A stretch of 64,000 nt of DNA from Candidatus Poribacteria bacterium. Lineage in GTDB: Bacteria; Poribacteria; WGA-4E; WGA-3G. Under the pieces are notes generated by a model, which ran no database searches, had not been told where the DNA came from, and saw only the letters and a program-made list of their open reading frames with translations. Below, piece after piece: positions 19,864-29,813 of the stretch. The position numbers and the translations under genes were made by a program. Every line of letters starts with the position of its first letter. The stretch's first letter is position 1. The stretch is from positions 2,528,001-2,592,000 of the forward strand of contig OZ242029.1 of NCBI GenBank assembly GCA_965205015.1. The letters run 5' to 3'.

Positions 19864-22146
19864 ATGAACACGCCCAATGAACCGAATCCACAGCAGATAG
19901 TGCTCAGTGTTACAGCGATTCTCTCCATTATCAGCGTCGTGCTCGCCGCCGGATGGATAGCCTTTGCCTATTACAAAGGCAGTGCTAACAGCAGTCGAAT
20001 ACTACTGCTGCACCCAGTCGTACCGATACTGCTGATTGTTTTGCTTATCCGCGTTTACCGCTGGATCGACCTAAAAAGTATCGTTATTCTTGAGATACTG
20101 ATGATAACTGTATGGATTTTTATACGTTTGTTGGGCGTGCTGACCCCTTTCATTTTAGGATTTGGCTTTGCTTATATCTTTAGGTTTCTCTGGAATGCTC
20201 TCCCCTTTAAAGCACAATACCAACGTGGGATCGCGACAGTCCTGATTTTACTCGTTTGTGGTGGGCTGCTCTTCTATACTGGAAAACAGGTGAGTAAACA
20301 AGCAAGTCAGATGGGCAGTGGGTTACTGAAGTTTTATCATGAAATTGTTCTGCCTTATGTCGTCGGTGAAACGTTTGAGGCAATCGCTATCAGTGTTAAT
20401 AGCAGTCAGGAAGAGAACCGCTCACCTGAAGGTTTCCCGCGAGAACCGATGGAAACCGATAGCCAATACGTAGAGACGTTCTACCTCGGGACGAACCACG
20501 GTGTCTATGAAATTCGACAGCGGACAGAGGGGGAGCACAGTATTGGTATCACGAACGGTGCCCTTCTTGGTAAACCGATACAAGCCCTTGCAGCAGTTGG
20601 AAATGTTATCTACGCTGGTACGCAGAGTGGGTTATATCGGTATTACAAGGCGTTGCCTACGGATGTCCCGGAAGCAATTGACGGTGAGGCAACAAGTACC
20701 CAGAACATCAAACCGAAGATATGGCATAGGGTGCAAGGGACCCCCTTCGATACTATTTCCGTCCAAACTCTCAACGTTCCGACTTGGGATAATGCCCAGA
20801 TTTATGTTGGAACACAAAAAGGACTCTACAGCAGTAGGGATTTAGGACGAACATGGCGTGAGGTTGCCCCTGACACTTATGGTGAAAGGTCGATCGTCAG
20901 TATTGTCTCAATTGTGGATGCGAATGGCGATAGGACAATTTATGTCGCCAGTACAGCGATAATTGATGCGATGCCTTCAGAAGGGCCGGTCTCCACGCCT
21001 AAAGCTACAACGGTGCATTGGTATCTGGCGGATTCCTCTCTTGAGTGGAATCCGCTTCCTTCTATCATAACGCATCCGGTTTACGCGCTTGCAAGTGGCG
21101 GTAGAACGTGGAGTGATAAGGAATCGGGGTTGCAAACCCCTCCTACACGGGTGTTTGATATTGAACTGTACGCGGGTACGTCCGATGGGCTTTATGAATG
21201 GCATCGTCTCGGCACGTGGCGGAAAACGGAAGGGACCCCTGTCGTCTCGTTGTTAGCGTCGGCACCTTCCGGCGTATACATCGGTACCGAAACTGCTATC
21301 CTTCATCGTGCTACGGCTACTGCGGGTTGGCAGCCGTTTGCGACGCGGAACGAAGGGGTCAGTTACACCTACAGGGACGAGCCTATTGTCCAGCAGGCGA
21401 AAACATACCTGACCGAAAGGCTTCCAACAATAGCCCAAACCGGTAGTGAGGCTGTCAGGGAAGGGGTTCAGTTCGCGGGTTCGATCGCTTTTGGGTTCGG
21501 TGGATTTTTAGCCACAGTGTCACTCGCGTTCATTGTATTTGTCTACGCAAACCAGTCGTTTGACAATTATTTCCGCGGTTTCATCACCTTGGTTCCTGAA
21601 CTCCATCGCGAAACCGTCAAGACTTATCTGCGCGAAATTGATAGAAATTTACAGCAGTTCCTCAAAGGATTAGTTGCGGTCATCGCGATTGTATCTGTGG
21701 TTTCCTGTATTGTGTACAGCATTATCGGTGTACCCTTCGCATTGGTTATTGGTGTTATCGCCGGGATCTGTAATGCTATACCAACCTTTGGACCCTTTAT
21801 CGGTGGCGGTTTCGCCTATGTGGCGATGCTAATGGGACTGGCGGCTGGGGATTTCGGCATAATTGATTTCCTCGTTCGCAGTGCATTTCTGTTAGCTGCC
21901 ATTCTTGGCATTCAGATGCTTGACAACTCATTAATTTCACCGAAAATCATGAGCACCGCTGTTGATGTGGACCCGCTGTTGATTATGTTTGCTGTGATTG
22001 TTGGGGCAGCCGTACTCGGATTTTGGGGTGTATTGCTTGCAATTCCTATGATTGTTGTGGTAAAATCGGTTATTGCCGTTTCTCAATCTGTGGCGACAGA
22101 TGGGCCCACTGTAGGCGGGAACTCCGATTCCCAACTGACGCACTGA
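19864..22146 (+). CDS. AI-2E family transporter with inserted beta-propeller-like domain
   Basis: LTPFILG N-terminal TMs; IPTFGPFIG, SPKIMS, VDPLLIMFAV, LLAIP C-terminal TMs; central YxGTxxG(L/V)Y repeats. Confidence 0.8.
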   Translation: MNTPNEPNPQQIVLSVTAILSIISVVLAAGWIAFAYYKGSANSSRILLLHPVVPILLIVLLIRVYRWIDLKSIVILEILMITVWIFIRLLGVLTPFILGFGFAYIFRFLWNALPFKAQYQRGIATVLILLVCGGLLFYTGKQVSKQASQMGSGLLKFYHEIVLPYVVGETFEAIAISVNSSQEENRSPEGFPREPMETDSQYVETFYLGTNHGVYEIRQRTEGEHSIGITNGALLGKPIQALAAVGNVIYAGTQSGLYRYYKALPTDVPEAIDGEATSTQNIKPKIWHRVQGTPFDTISVQTLNVPTWDNAQIYVGTQKGLYSSRDLGRTWREVAPDTYGERSIVSIVSIVDANGDRTIYVASTAIIDAMPSEGPVSTPKATTVHWYLADSSLEWNPLPSIITHPVYALASGGRTWSDKESGLQTPPTRVFDIELYAGTSDGLYEWHRLGTWRKTEGTPVVSLLASAPSGVYIGTETAILHRATATAGWQPFATRNEGVSYTYRDEPIVQQAKTYLTERLPTIAQTGSEAVREGVQFAGSIAFGFGGFLATVSLAFIVFVYANQSFDNYFRGFITLVPELHRETVKTYLREIDRNLQQFLKGLVAVIAIVSVVSCIVYSIIGVPFALVIGVIAGICNAIPTFGPFIGGGFAYVAMLMGLAAGDFGIIDFLVRSAFLLAAILGIQMLDNSLISPKIMSTAVDVDPLLIMFAVIVGAAVLGFWGVLLAIPMIVVVKSVIAVSQSVATDGPTVGGNSDSQLTH

Positions 22147-22164
22147 TGCTCTGGAGGAAGACTC

Positions 22165-23634
22165 ATGGAAACGCCACGTCCCATTGTTGCGATCGTCGGC
22201 AGACCGAACGTCGGAAAATCATCGCTTTTCAATCGAATCACTGGAAATAGCCGTCGGCAGAATAGCCGTCAGCGGTCAGCCGTCAGGCGTCAGGAAGAGG
22301 GAATGGAAGAAGGGAAGAAAGGAAGAAGGGAAGGATGGGAGTCCCACGCTTCCACTCCTCCACTCTTCCAACCAAATGCCGAAAACCGTGTCTCGCGTAA
22401 ATACGCTGTCGTTCATGACACTCCCGGCGTGACGCGCGACAGGAACTACGCTGACGTGGAATGGGCAGACCGCGCTTTTACCATCGTTGACACCGGTGGT
22501 TTGGACGTTGATCCGGATGACCGACTCATTGATAGCGTTCAAGCACAGGTAGATACAGCGGTGGCTGAAGCGGATCTCGTCCTTTTTGTCGTTGACGCGC
22601 GAGCCGGTATCATGCCCCACGATAGGGTTGTCGTTGATAAACTCAGAACCGCTGGTAAACCTATCTTCCTCGTCGTCAATAAGGTAGATAGCGACCGATT
22701 TCACAATGAAGCCGCTGAGTTTTACGCGCTCGGATTGGCAGAGCCACTGTTGACCTCGTGTGTCCAAAACGATGGAATTCGGGAACTCCTTGACCGCGTC
22801 GTTGATGCCCTTCCAGAGACCGATGAAACTGTCCACGCTGCGCCAGCTACGATGAAAATCGCCGTTGTTGGCAGGCCGAATGTCGGAAAATCCTCGTTTA
22901 TCAACAGTTTGTTGGGTGAAGAACGGATGATTGTTGATGACCGACCTGGTACCACGCGTGATGCAGTGAATATACGGATCGTTCACGACAATATCCCTTT
23001 TGAGGTCGTTGATACAGCGGGAATGCGGCGTAAATCCACTATCAATGATGCGCTTGAATCGGCGACCGTCCAACGTGCGATACACAGCATTCGCCAAAGT
23101 GACATCGCTGTACTGATGCTGGATGTAACCCAGGAGGTCGCGCAGCAGGATAAAACGATTGCTAATTTCATCGAACGCCAAGGGAAAGCCTCCGTTTTAG
23201 TCATGAACAAGTGGGACCTAATTGATAAAGACAACACAACGCATCCAGCGTTTATGGATGCGATAGATGTCCAGTTTCCACAACTCGGCTATGTTCCACG
23301 GGTTTTCGTGTCGGCACTCACTGGACAGCGCGTTACCCAAGTATTAACGACTGCGCTTGAGGTCTACCGTGAGTATTGTACACACATCCCTACACCGGTA
23401 CTCAACGAATTGCTGCTGGAATTGCGGAGTGCGCATCCGCCGCCGCGGGTTAAAGGTGCACGTCCGGCGCTCAAATATATCACGCAGGTGGAAACCAAAC
23501 CGCCGACTTTTTTAATCTTCGGACGAAATATCCATCGCGTGCAGCAGCCGTATGAGGCGTACCTTATCAACAGTATTCGGAAGGAATTTGGATTTCACGG
23601 CACACCGATACGGATTTTTTATCGCAGGTCATAA
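22165..23634 (+). CDS. der: Ribosome biogenesis GTPase Der with 50-aa insertion
   Basis: Two GRPNVGKS P-loops, PGVTRDR/PGTTRD, DTGG/DTAG, NKVD/NKWD, C-terminal KH-like domain. Confidence 0.97.
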   Translation: METPRPIVAIVGRPNVGKSSLFNRITGNSRRQNSRQRSAVRRQEEGMEEGKKGRREGWESHASTPPLFQPNAENRVSRKYAVVHDTPGVTRDRNYADVEWADRAFTIVDTGGLDVDPDDRLIDSVQAQVDTAVAEADLVLFVVDARAGIMPHDRVVVDKLRTAGKPIFLVVNKVDSDRFHNEAAEFYALGLAEPLLTSCVQNDGIRELLDRVVDALPETDETVHAAPATMKIAVVGRPNVGKSSFINSLLGEERMIVDDRPGTTRDAVNIRIVHDNIPFEVVDTAGMRRKSTINDALESATVQRAIHSIRQSDIAVLMLDVTQEVAQQDKTIANFIERQGKASVLVMNKWDLIDKDNTTHPAFMDAIDVQFPQLGYVPRVFVSALTGQRVTQVLTTALEVYREYCTHIPTPVLNELLLELRSAHPPPRVKGARPALKYITQVETKPPTFLIFGRNIHRVQQPYEAYLINSIRKEFGFHGTPIRIFYRRS

Positions 23635-23647
23635 AAGGAGAAATGCT

Positions 23648-24619
23648 TTGTCAAAATTTAAAGTCTTTGTTACGCGTCCTATCCGAGAAGAGATCCGCAC
23701 AAAAATAGAAGAAGAATGCGAGGTTGATATGTGGCACACGAGTGCCATTTTACCGCCCATCGCTGAAAGAATTCCGCCCTTGGATGGGTTAATGACTTAT
23801 GGGCATGAGCCCGTCTCTCCAGAGATGATTGCGACAGCCCCGAATCTCAAAGCTATCTCTGTCGTTGGGGTCGGTTATGATCACGTCCATGTTGAGGCGT
23901 GTAGAGAACGAGGGATCGCGGTTGGACATACCCCCGGGGTGCTCAGTGATACCACTGCCGATATGACTATGGCACTCTTGCTCGCTGCGGCACGAAATAT
24001 TGTTCCTGCCTATAACCATGTTCAAGTTGCTAAACAGTGGCATTACTATGATCCAAACATCCTCTGGGGAACCGATGTACATCATTCGACTTTAGGAATT
24101 GTGGGTATGGGACGTATTGGGTATGCGGTTGCCAAACGTGCCAGGGCTTTTGACATGCGTGTCCTTTACTACAAACGTGAACGCCGACCCGACTGGGAAC
24201 AGGAGCTCGGCGTAGAATACGTGACACTTGAGAATCTATTGAAAGTCTCCGATTTCGTGACGCTTCATGTCCCGTTAACGGAGGAAACGACGCACTTCAT
24301 CGGCGCATCGGAACTCGCTTTGATGAAAAAGACCGCCATTTTAGTCAATATCGCGAGAGGTCCTGTCGTTGACCACTATGCTTTATATGATGCGCTCCAG
24401 CAGGGGCAGATTGCCGGTGCCGCTGTTGATGTAACCGAACCGGAACCCATTAATACCGACCATCCATTACTTGATTTGGACAATGTGATTATTGCTCCCC
24501 ATCTCGGCAGTGCGACTGTGCAGACTCGGATGAAAATGATGACAATGGCGATGGAGAATTTACTTGCTGGTTTAAAGGGAGAGCAATTGCCCTATGGTGT
24601 GCTTCAGCCAAACTTTTAG
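23648..24619 (+). CDS. D-2-hydroxyacid dehydrogenase (glyoxylate reductase-like)
   Basis: GIVGMGRIG, VNIARG, DVTEPEP, PHLGSAT; TTG start after AAGGAG. Confidence 0.9.
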   Translation: MSKFKVFVTRPIREEIRTKIEEECEVDMWHTSAILPPIAERIPPLDGLMTYGHEPVSPEMIATAPNLKAISVVGVGYDHVHVEACRERGIAVGHTPGVLSDTTADMTMALLLAAARNIVPAYNHVQVAKQWHYYDPNILWGTDVHHSTLGIVGMGRIGYAVAKRARAFDMRVLYYKRERRPDWEQELGVEYVTLENLLKVSDFVTLHVPLTEETTHFIGASELALMKKTAILVNIARGPVVDHYALYDALQQGQIAGAAVDVTEPEPINTDHPLLDLDNVIIAPHLGSATVQTRMKMMTMAMENLLAGLKGEQLPYGVLQPNF

Positions 24620-24620
24620 G

Positions 24621-24750
24621 AGTTATCAGTTAACAGTTGTCAGTCATCAGTTAAGACGTGTGGTAGTTGTGTTTTGCGTGAATGCCACGAGGATTTCTTT
24701 AACCAACAACTGAAAGCTGAAAGCCTGCGCAGCAGGCGTACTGAAAACCG
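24621..24750. repeat. TCAG/CTGA short-unit quasi-palindromic intergenic repeat
   Basis: 7-nt units TATCAGT/TGTCAGT in the left arm, CTGAAAG/CTGAAAA in the right arm; related units at 20383-20466 and 22246-22290. Confidence 0.6.
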
Positions 24751-24763
24751 TAAAGGGGGGAAG

Positions 24764-26095
24764 ATGATACTGGAAAAATTATTTGCGTTAAAAGAAAACG
24801 GCACTTCGTTAAGACGCGAATTGGTTGCGGGTCTCACGAATTTTATGACGATTTCATATATAATTTTCGTGCAACCGTCGATGCTGTCGTTGGCCGGCAT
24901 GGATTATGGTGCCGTTATGGTCGCGACCTGCCTCTCCAGTGCCCTCGCGACGTTATTCATGGGATATTTTACGAATTATCCCGTTGTATTGGCGCCGGGT
25001 ATGGGGCTTAACGCCTATTTCGTTTTTGACGTTTGCAGAGGTTCAGGCGTGCCGTGGCAGGAAGCTTTAGGTATCGTTTTCATCGCCGGCATGCTGTTCT
25101 TTGCCCTCTCGTTTGTGGGCGTCCGCGCCACCATCATGAATGCCCTTCCGCGCTCGCTCCAAAATGCCATTGCTATCGGGATTGGGCTGTTTATTGCCTT
25201 CATCGGACTGCAGATGAGTGGAATCATTACAAAGGACCCTGCCACATTTATAACCCGGGGGAACCTTGACTCCACTCCGGTCTTGCTTTCACTCTTCGGC
25301 ATTGCTGTGACGCTCACACTCATCGCACGCAAGGTGCGAGGCGCGATCCTGATTGGTATCCTTGTTTCAACTGCTGCCAACCTGATCGTCGGAACTGCCA
25401 TGTATGAGGGTAGAATCGCTGCGCCGCCCCCCGATATCACGCCAACGTTCTTTAAACTACAGTTTCCCAACATCTTTGCTAAGTTGGAACTCATCCCTGT
25501 CATCTTTGTGTTTTTTGCGATTGATATGTTTGATAGTATTGGGACTCTCACGGCTATCGGCTATAGAGCGGAGTTGATGGAAGAGGGAAAACTCACAAGA
25601 GCCAGAGGGGCGCTTTTGACGGACGCAGGGAGTACCGTTGGTGGTTCCTTACTCGGCACCTCGACTGTGACCTGTTACATTGAAAGCGCGACGGGGATTA
25701 CGGAAGGTGGACGGACAGGGCTTACCGCCGTCGTCACAGCGGTTTGTATGTTGCTCTCTCTCTTTTTATATCCGCTTGTTAAGATTGTAGGCGGCGGGTT
25801 TCAGATCGGACCTTCTGCTTTCCTTTATCCGATTATCGCCCCAGCCCTCATCGTTGTCGGTGGATTGATGCTCAGGAATGTCAGCCAGATTGATTGGGAA
25901 GACATCACGGAATCGATCCCTGCGTTCCTTACGATGCTGATGATGCCGCTCTCCTTCAGTATTACAGACGGCATTGGTTTTGGGTTTATCTCATTGGCGT
26001 TTTTGAAGTTGGTGACGGGTCGTAGAAAAGAGATTCATCCTGTCATTTACTACTTCGCACTCTTCTTTATCGCCTGCTACATCGGTGATCTGTAG
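24764..26095 (+). CDS. NCS2 family (AzgA-type) nucleobase permease
   Basis: LAPGMGLNAYF, DMFDSIGT, YIESATG, GGRTGLT, SITDGIGFG. Confidence 0.92.
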   Translation: MILEKLFALKENGTSLRRELVAGLTNFMTISYIIFVQPSMLSLAGMDYGAVMVATCLSSALATLFMGYFTNYPVVLAPGMGLNAYFVFDVCRGSGVPWQEALGIVFIAGMLFFALSFVGVRATIMNALPRSLQNAIAIGIGLFIAFIGLQMSGIITKDPATFITRGNLDSTPVLLSLFGIAVTLTLIARKVRGAILIGILVSTAANLIVGTAMYEGRIAAPPPDITPTFFKLQFPNIFAKLELIPVIFVFFAIDMFDSIGTLTAIGYRAELMEEGKLTRARGALLTDAGSTVGGSLLGTSTVTCYIESATGITEGGRTGLTAVVTAVCMLLSLFLYPLVKIVGGGFQIGPSAFLYPIIAPALIVVGGLMLRNVSQIDWEDITESIPAFLTMLMMPLSFSITDGIGFGFISLAFLKLVTGRRKEIHPVIYYFALFFIACYIGDL

Positions 26096-26121
26096 ATGTA
26101 ATGTGTCATCCCTGTCCTCTA

Positions 26122-26270
26122 CTGGCGGGGTTTCATGAGGATTAACAATTTAATTCGGTAATGCGTGGGCAGGCACAAGACCCGGGGAAACACCCAAGCA
26201 AAAACCCCCTACAGTCGTTTTTTGGGATAGAATTACCGAAATATTTTCTTAAACTTCATCTAACCCCGCC
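26122..26270. mobile_element. Second copy of the MITE-in-REP element (MITE 26135-26259)
   Basis: CTGGCGGGGTTTC|ATGAGG...CTTCAT|CTAACCCCGCC, same architecture as 17978-18211 with one internal unit. Confidence 0.75.
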
Positions 26271-26271
26271 T

Positions 26272-27144
26272 TTACCCGCGCCAATTCAGGTTGATGCTGG
26301 TGTAGCCGTGTGTGTATTCGTGAAAGTGCGACGGTAAGTCCGCTAAGAACTGTCTTCCTTCTTCTGGGATCTCCCATGGAATATCGATGTGGTGGTCCCG
26401 TCTCCGAAAACCGACGCCGCACGACAACCGAATTTCATCGATCTGGTTCGGAAATGCACCGTGATACGTCCGATGCGCAAATACAATCATGTCCCCCGGA
26501 TTCGTGAACAGTGGCACCAATCCTGGAATATCAAATCCTACATAAGGTTTTTCTTCTTCACCGATCTTATAGAAGGAGCGTTTGTCTGCTGTCAAGTTGA
26601 AGCCTTCGGGACCTTCCCAGTTCTCAACGTGTGAATTCTCAATAACACATAAACCGCCGTGTTCTGGACGAGAACCCGTCAGGTAGAACCATTTACCTGA
26701 GGGCCAAAATCCACGGTTCAGAACATCACCGGAATTTTTGGGGGCATCTGTTGAAAACCCGCACCAGTCCGTGTGCCATGCGACAGGTTGAGAGCCGGGC
26801 ATCCGAATGATAGCGGCAGATCGGTGGAGGGTCAATTCCTTTGTGCCAATCAGGTGCCGATGGATTTTCATAAAGGGTTCGTATCCCATCAGTTGCCAAG
26901 CCCCGGGTCCAGACTCAATCCACGCGTGTCGGGTGCTACTTTGTCCGTGCTCCAATTCTCTTTTCGGATCTGTGCCATCGAAGACGGCTTTTTTTAAACT
27001 GTCGACCAGGTCTGGAGGCAGGACATCTTTGATAATCGCGAAGCCGTGTGCCTCAAGACATTCGGACACGAGAGAGAGTTGATCGGTTTCAAACTCGTAA
27101 GTGTAGTCAAGTTCAGGTTTCTGAATCTGTAGATATTCTTTCAT
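26272..27144 (-). CDS. Phytanoyl-CoA dioxygenase family protein
   Basis: HGFAIIKDVL, WHTD, PGDMIVFAHRTYHGA. Confidence 0.85.
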   Translation of the reverse strand: MKEYLQIQKPELDYTYEFETDQLSLVSECLEAHGFAIIKDVLPPDLVDSLKKAVFDGTDPKRELEHGQSSTRHAWIESGPGAWQLMGYEPFMKIHRHLIGTKELTLHRSAAIIRMPGSQPVAWHTDWCGFSTDAPKNSGDVLNRGFWPSGKWFYLTGSRPEHGGLCVIENSHVENWEGPEGFNLTADKRSFYKIGEEEKPYVGFDIPGLVPLFTNPGDMIVFAHRTYHGAFPNQIDEIRLSCGVGFRRRDHHIDIPWEIPEEGRQFLADLPSHFHEYTHGYTSINLNWRG

Positions 27145-27297
27145 GAGTGGACTCCTAAAATTTTTGATATTCGGAGTGTTGTCGGCATTCTAATAGATAT
27201 TCGTTGTTTCGTCAATCCCAATTTTTGTGATGGATGGATATTTCTCCGGACCGAAACTTAAAACCAAATGACCCTATAGAGAAAAGATTAGATAATT

Positions 27298-27326
27298 TTG
27301 ACATTAATGTTGCATCGTGATACAAT
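27298..27326 (+). promoter_or_regulatory. Sigma70 promoter
   Basis: TTGACA-17 nt-TACAAT with TGn extension. Confidence 0.65.
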
Positions 27327-27360
27327 AGAATTAAAAATTTGCACAGAAAGTTGAAAGCGC

Positions 27361-27903
27361 ATGGGAAAAAATAACATTACATTAACGTTTGGACAAATCG
27401 CCGCGGGGAGTATCATTGGGCTGGCAGGTGGGTGGATTTGTTTGCTAATATTTGAGAATCTTATCTGGCAATTCCTGCTTGAAAACCGAGTCGGCCACGG
27501 TTTCTGGGTAGGCTTGTTCCTCCTTATCTCACTGAGCGTCACATACGGAATTGTGATTATAGGGGCGGGCATGGGGATCCGTCTCGTGAGTCGAAAATTT
27601 GGTACCGATATACCTCTAAAACCGCTCTGTTCGGGGGCATTTTTGGGTCCGCCTGCGGTCGTCGGTTTACTGGCACTGCTTAACGTTCCGTGGGAGATAT
27701 TTGGCAGACCGAATCTGATCTTGGCGTTGCTCCTACCAATCCTTAAGACACTCGCGTATATTGTCTCGTTACCGATGCGCGGGTGGGTATACCTCGGTTT
27801 ACCGGTCGAAATCTGGTACATTCTTGCTGTTCCTATCGGTGCGATATTAGGATACAGGTTAACATCTGTAGAAAAAACGGAAGTGAATGCAGAACTGGCT
27901 TAG
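27361..27903 (+). CDS. Hypothetical multi-pass membrane protein
   Basis: About five hydrophobic segments; good promoter upstream. Confidence 0.7.
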   Translation: MGKNNITLTFGQIAAGSIIGLAGGWICLLIFENLIWQFLLENRVGHGFWVGLFLLISLSVTYGIVIIGAGMGIRLVSRKFGTDIPLKPLCSGAFLGPPAVVGLLALLNVPWEIFGRPNLILALLLPILKTLAYIVSLPMRGWVYLGLPVEIWYILAVPIGAILGYRLTSVEKTEVNAELA

Positions 27904-28037
27904 TTCAAGAAAGGCTTCTTTAATGAACAGTTGCGAAAATCGACCGCTGATTCTTGTGATTTACCCTGATGAGATCTCTGATCATCAGAGTCCATCAGTT
28001 AAATTAGGGGTCCGCGCTGGAGGTTTCACCCGTCAAA

Positions 28038-29447
28038 ATGCAATACGATGATAAACCCAAAGATGAATGCGGTGTATTCGGCGTTTTCGGTCATCCAAAA
28101 GCGGTAGAATTGACGTATTTAGGGTTACGTGCCCTTCAGCATCGAGGTCAGGAAAGTAGCGGTATCGTCGCATCAGACGGCGAGAAGTTCACATATCACC
28201 ACGGTATGGGGCTCGTTCACTCCGTCTTCAGCACTGAGACTTTAGGGGCATTGAAGGGGCATATTGCTATCGGACACAACCGATATTCAACAGCAGGGGC
28301 GAGTACGCTTGAAAACGCGCAACCTTTGGTCCGGAACTACAAACAGGGTCCGCTCGCCCTCGGTCACAATGGCAATCTCGTGAATGCCCCACAAGTTCGG
28401 AATCACTTAGAGAATGCCGGTTCCATCTTTAGCACGAGTTTAGATACTGAAGTCATTTTCCACTTGATAGCGCACTCGCGGAAACATACATTAGAACATA
28501 GAATTATCGATGCGTTGCGAAGTCTTGAGGGTGCGTATTCGTTCGTATGCATGGATAAAAATACCCTGATAGGTGCCCGAGATGCCTACGGATTCCGCCC
28601 GCTCTGGCTGGGTAAACTTGGGAATGCCTACGTGTTAGCCTCTGAGACGTGTGCCTTTGATGTGATTGAAGCGGAACCGATACGTGAGGTAGAACCCGGG
28701 GAATTGGTATTCATACGCTCCACACATCGTGGTGTAGAGTCGTTGCGTTTTCATAAGAGACAATCCCAATTATCGCAGTGCATCTTTGAATATATCTATT
28801 TGGCACGGCCGGATAGCATGATGTTTGGGCAGAGCGTGAACAACACGCGCCGTGAATTCGGCAGACAGCTCGCCCGCGAACATTCCGTCAAAGCGGATGT
28901 TGTTATCCCAGTGCCTGATTCTGCGACAATCGCTGCTCTTGGATACGCCGAGGAATCTGGCATCCCGTTCGATTTAGGACTGTCTCGAAACACTTTCGTC
29001 GGTCGTTCCTTCATGAATCCAACGCAGGATATCCGGGAACTGATGGTGAAGATAAAACTCAACCCGGTGCGCGATGTGCTGCGCGGCAAACGGGTTGTAC
29101 TTGTAGACGACTCAATCATGCGGGGGACAAACAGTAGGAAACTCATCAAAATCGTTCGGCAAGGCGGCGCGACAGCTGTTCATCTCCGCATTGCCTCCCC
29201 TCCGAACAAATTCGCATGCTTCTATGGTGTAGACACACCGACCCGTGGTGAATTAATCGCAAGTTCACACACAATTGATGAAATCCGTAGGTACATCCGT
29301 GCTGACAGTCTGGGGTATCTCAGCATTGAAGGACTGCTCCGATCCGTGAAAACACCTCAGGATTTTTGTACCACCTGTTTTGACGGAAAGTATCCGATTC
29401 CGTTTGTGGAAGAATCCTCACAACAGCTCCCCTTAATCGTAGATTAA
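28038..29447 (+). CDS. purF: Amidophosphoribosyltransferase
   Basis: ECGVFG, LQHRGQES, GHNRYST, LVDDSIMRG, Fe-S cysteines. Confidence 0.97.
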   Translation: MQYDDKPKDECGVFGVFGHPKAVELTYLGLRALQHRGQESSGIVASDGEKFTYHHGMGLVHSVFSTETLGALKGHIAIGHNRYSTAGASTLENAQPLVRNYKQGPLALGHNGNLVNAPQVRNHLENAGSIFSTSLDTEVIFHLIAHSRKHTLEHRIIDALRSLEGAYSFVCMDKNTLIGARDAYGFRPLWLGKLGNAYVLASETCAFDVIEAEPIREVEPGELVFIRSTHRGVESLRFHKRQSQLSQCIFEYIYLARPDSMMFGQSVNNTRREFGRQLAREHSVKADVVIPVPDSATIAALGYAEESGIPFDLGLSRNTFVGRSFMNPTQDIRELMVKIKLNPVRDVLRGKRVVLVDDSIMRGTNSRKLIKIVRQGGATAVHLRIASPPNKFACFYGVDTPTRGELIASSHTIDEIRRYIRADSLGYLSIEGLLRSVKTPQDFCTTCFDGKYPIPFVEESSQQLPLIVD

Positions 29448-29495
29448 CCCCGGTCTTAACAGGGACGTGGCGGCGCGCCTTACGAGGGATATTTT

Positions 29496-29813
29496 ATGCA
29501 GTATAGACAGCGTGGCAACCAGAAGAAACCGAGTCAGATAGGTACAACGATAGGTACAGCGCAGGGGCGATATACACTCATCTCCCTCCTTGGATGCGCG
29601 ATTCTCGGCATGGTTTTGAGTAGAATCCTTCCGTTCTTGATTGGGAAGTTGCGCCCGAAGATGACACCAGCGGAGGCGGAAGAGATCGGTGTTCTCATAG
29701 CCTTAGGCATTAGCGGTATCGTGTTAGTCGTGAGTCTCCTAAGACCCAAGAGAAGCGTTTCACCGCTTCGTAAACAGTTATTGAAGGAACAAGAGAAATC
29801 AGATGGCAGCTAA
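29496..29813 (+). CDS. Small hypothetical two-TM protein
   Basis: Two hydrophobic helices; overlaps purM start. Confidence 0.55.
   Translation: MQYRQRGNQKKPSQIGTTIGTAQGRYTLISLLGCAILGMVLSRILPFLIGKLRPKMTPAEAEEIGVLIALGISGIVLVVSLLRPKRSVSPLRKQLLKEQEKSDGS

Noticed and set aside
22276-23181. Long antisense ORFs (e.g. 301 aa opposite der, 253 aa at 30679-31440, 223 aa at 11531-12202)
   Set aside because: Shadow frames of well-supported genes with no recognisable motifs.
27967-28000. CTGATGAG as a hammerhead ribozyme core
   Set aside because: No GAAA follows the stem, and the motif pairs within a simple hairpin.
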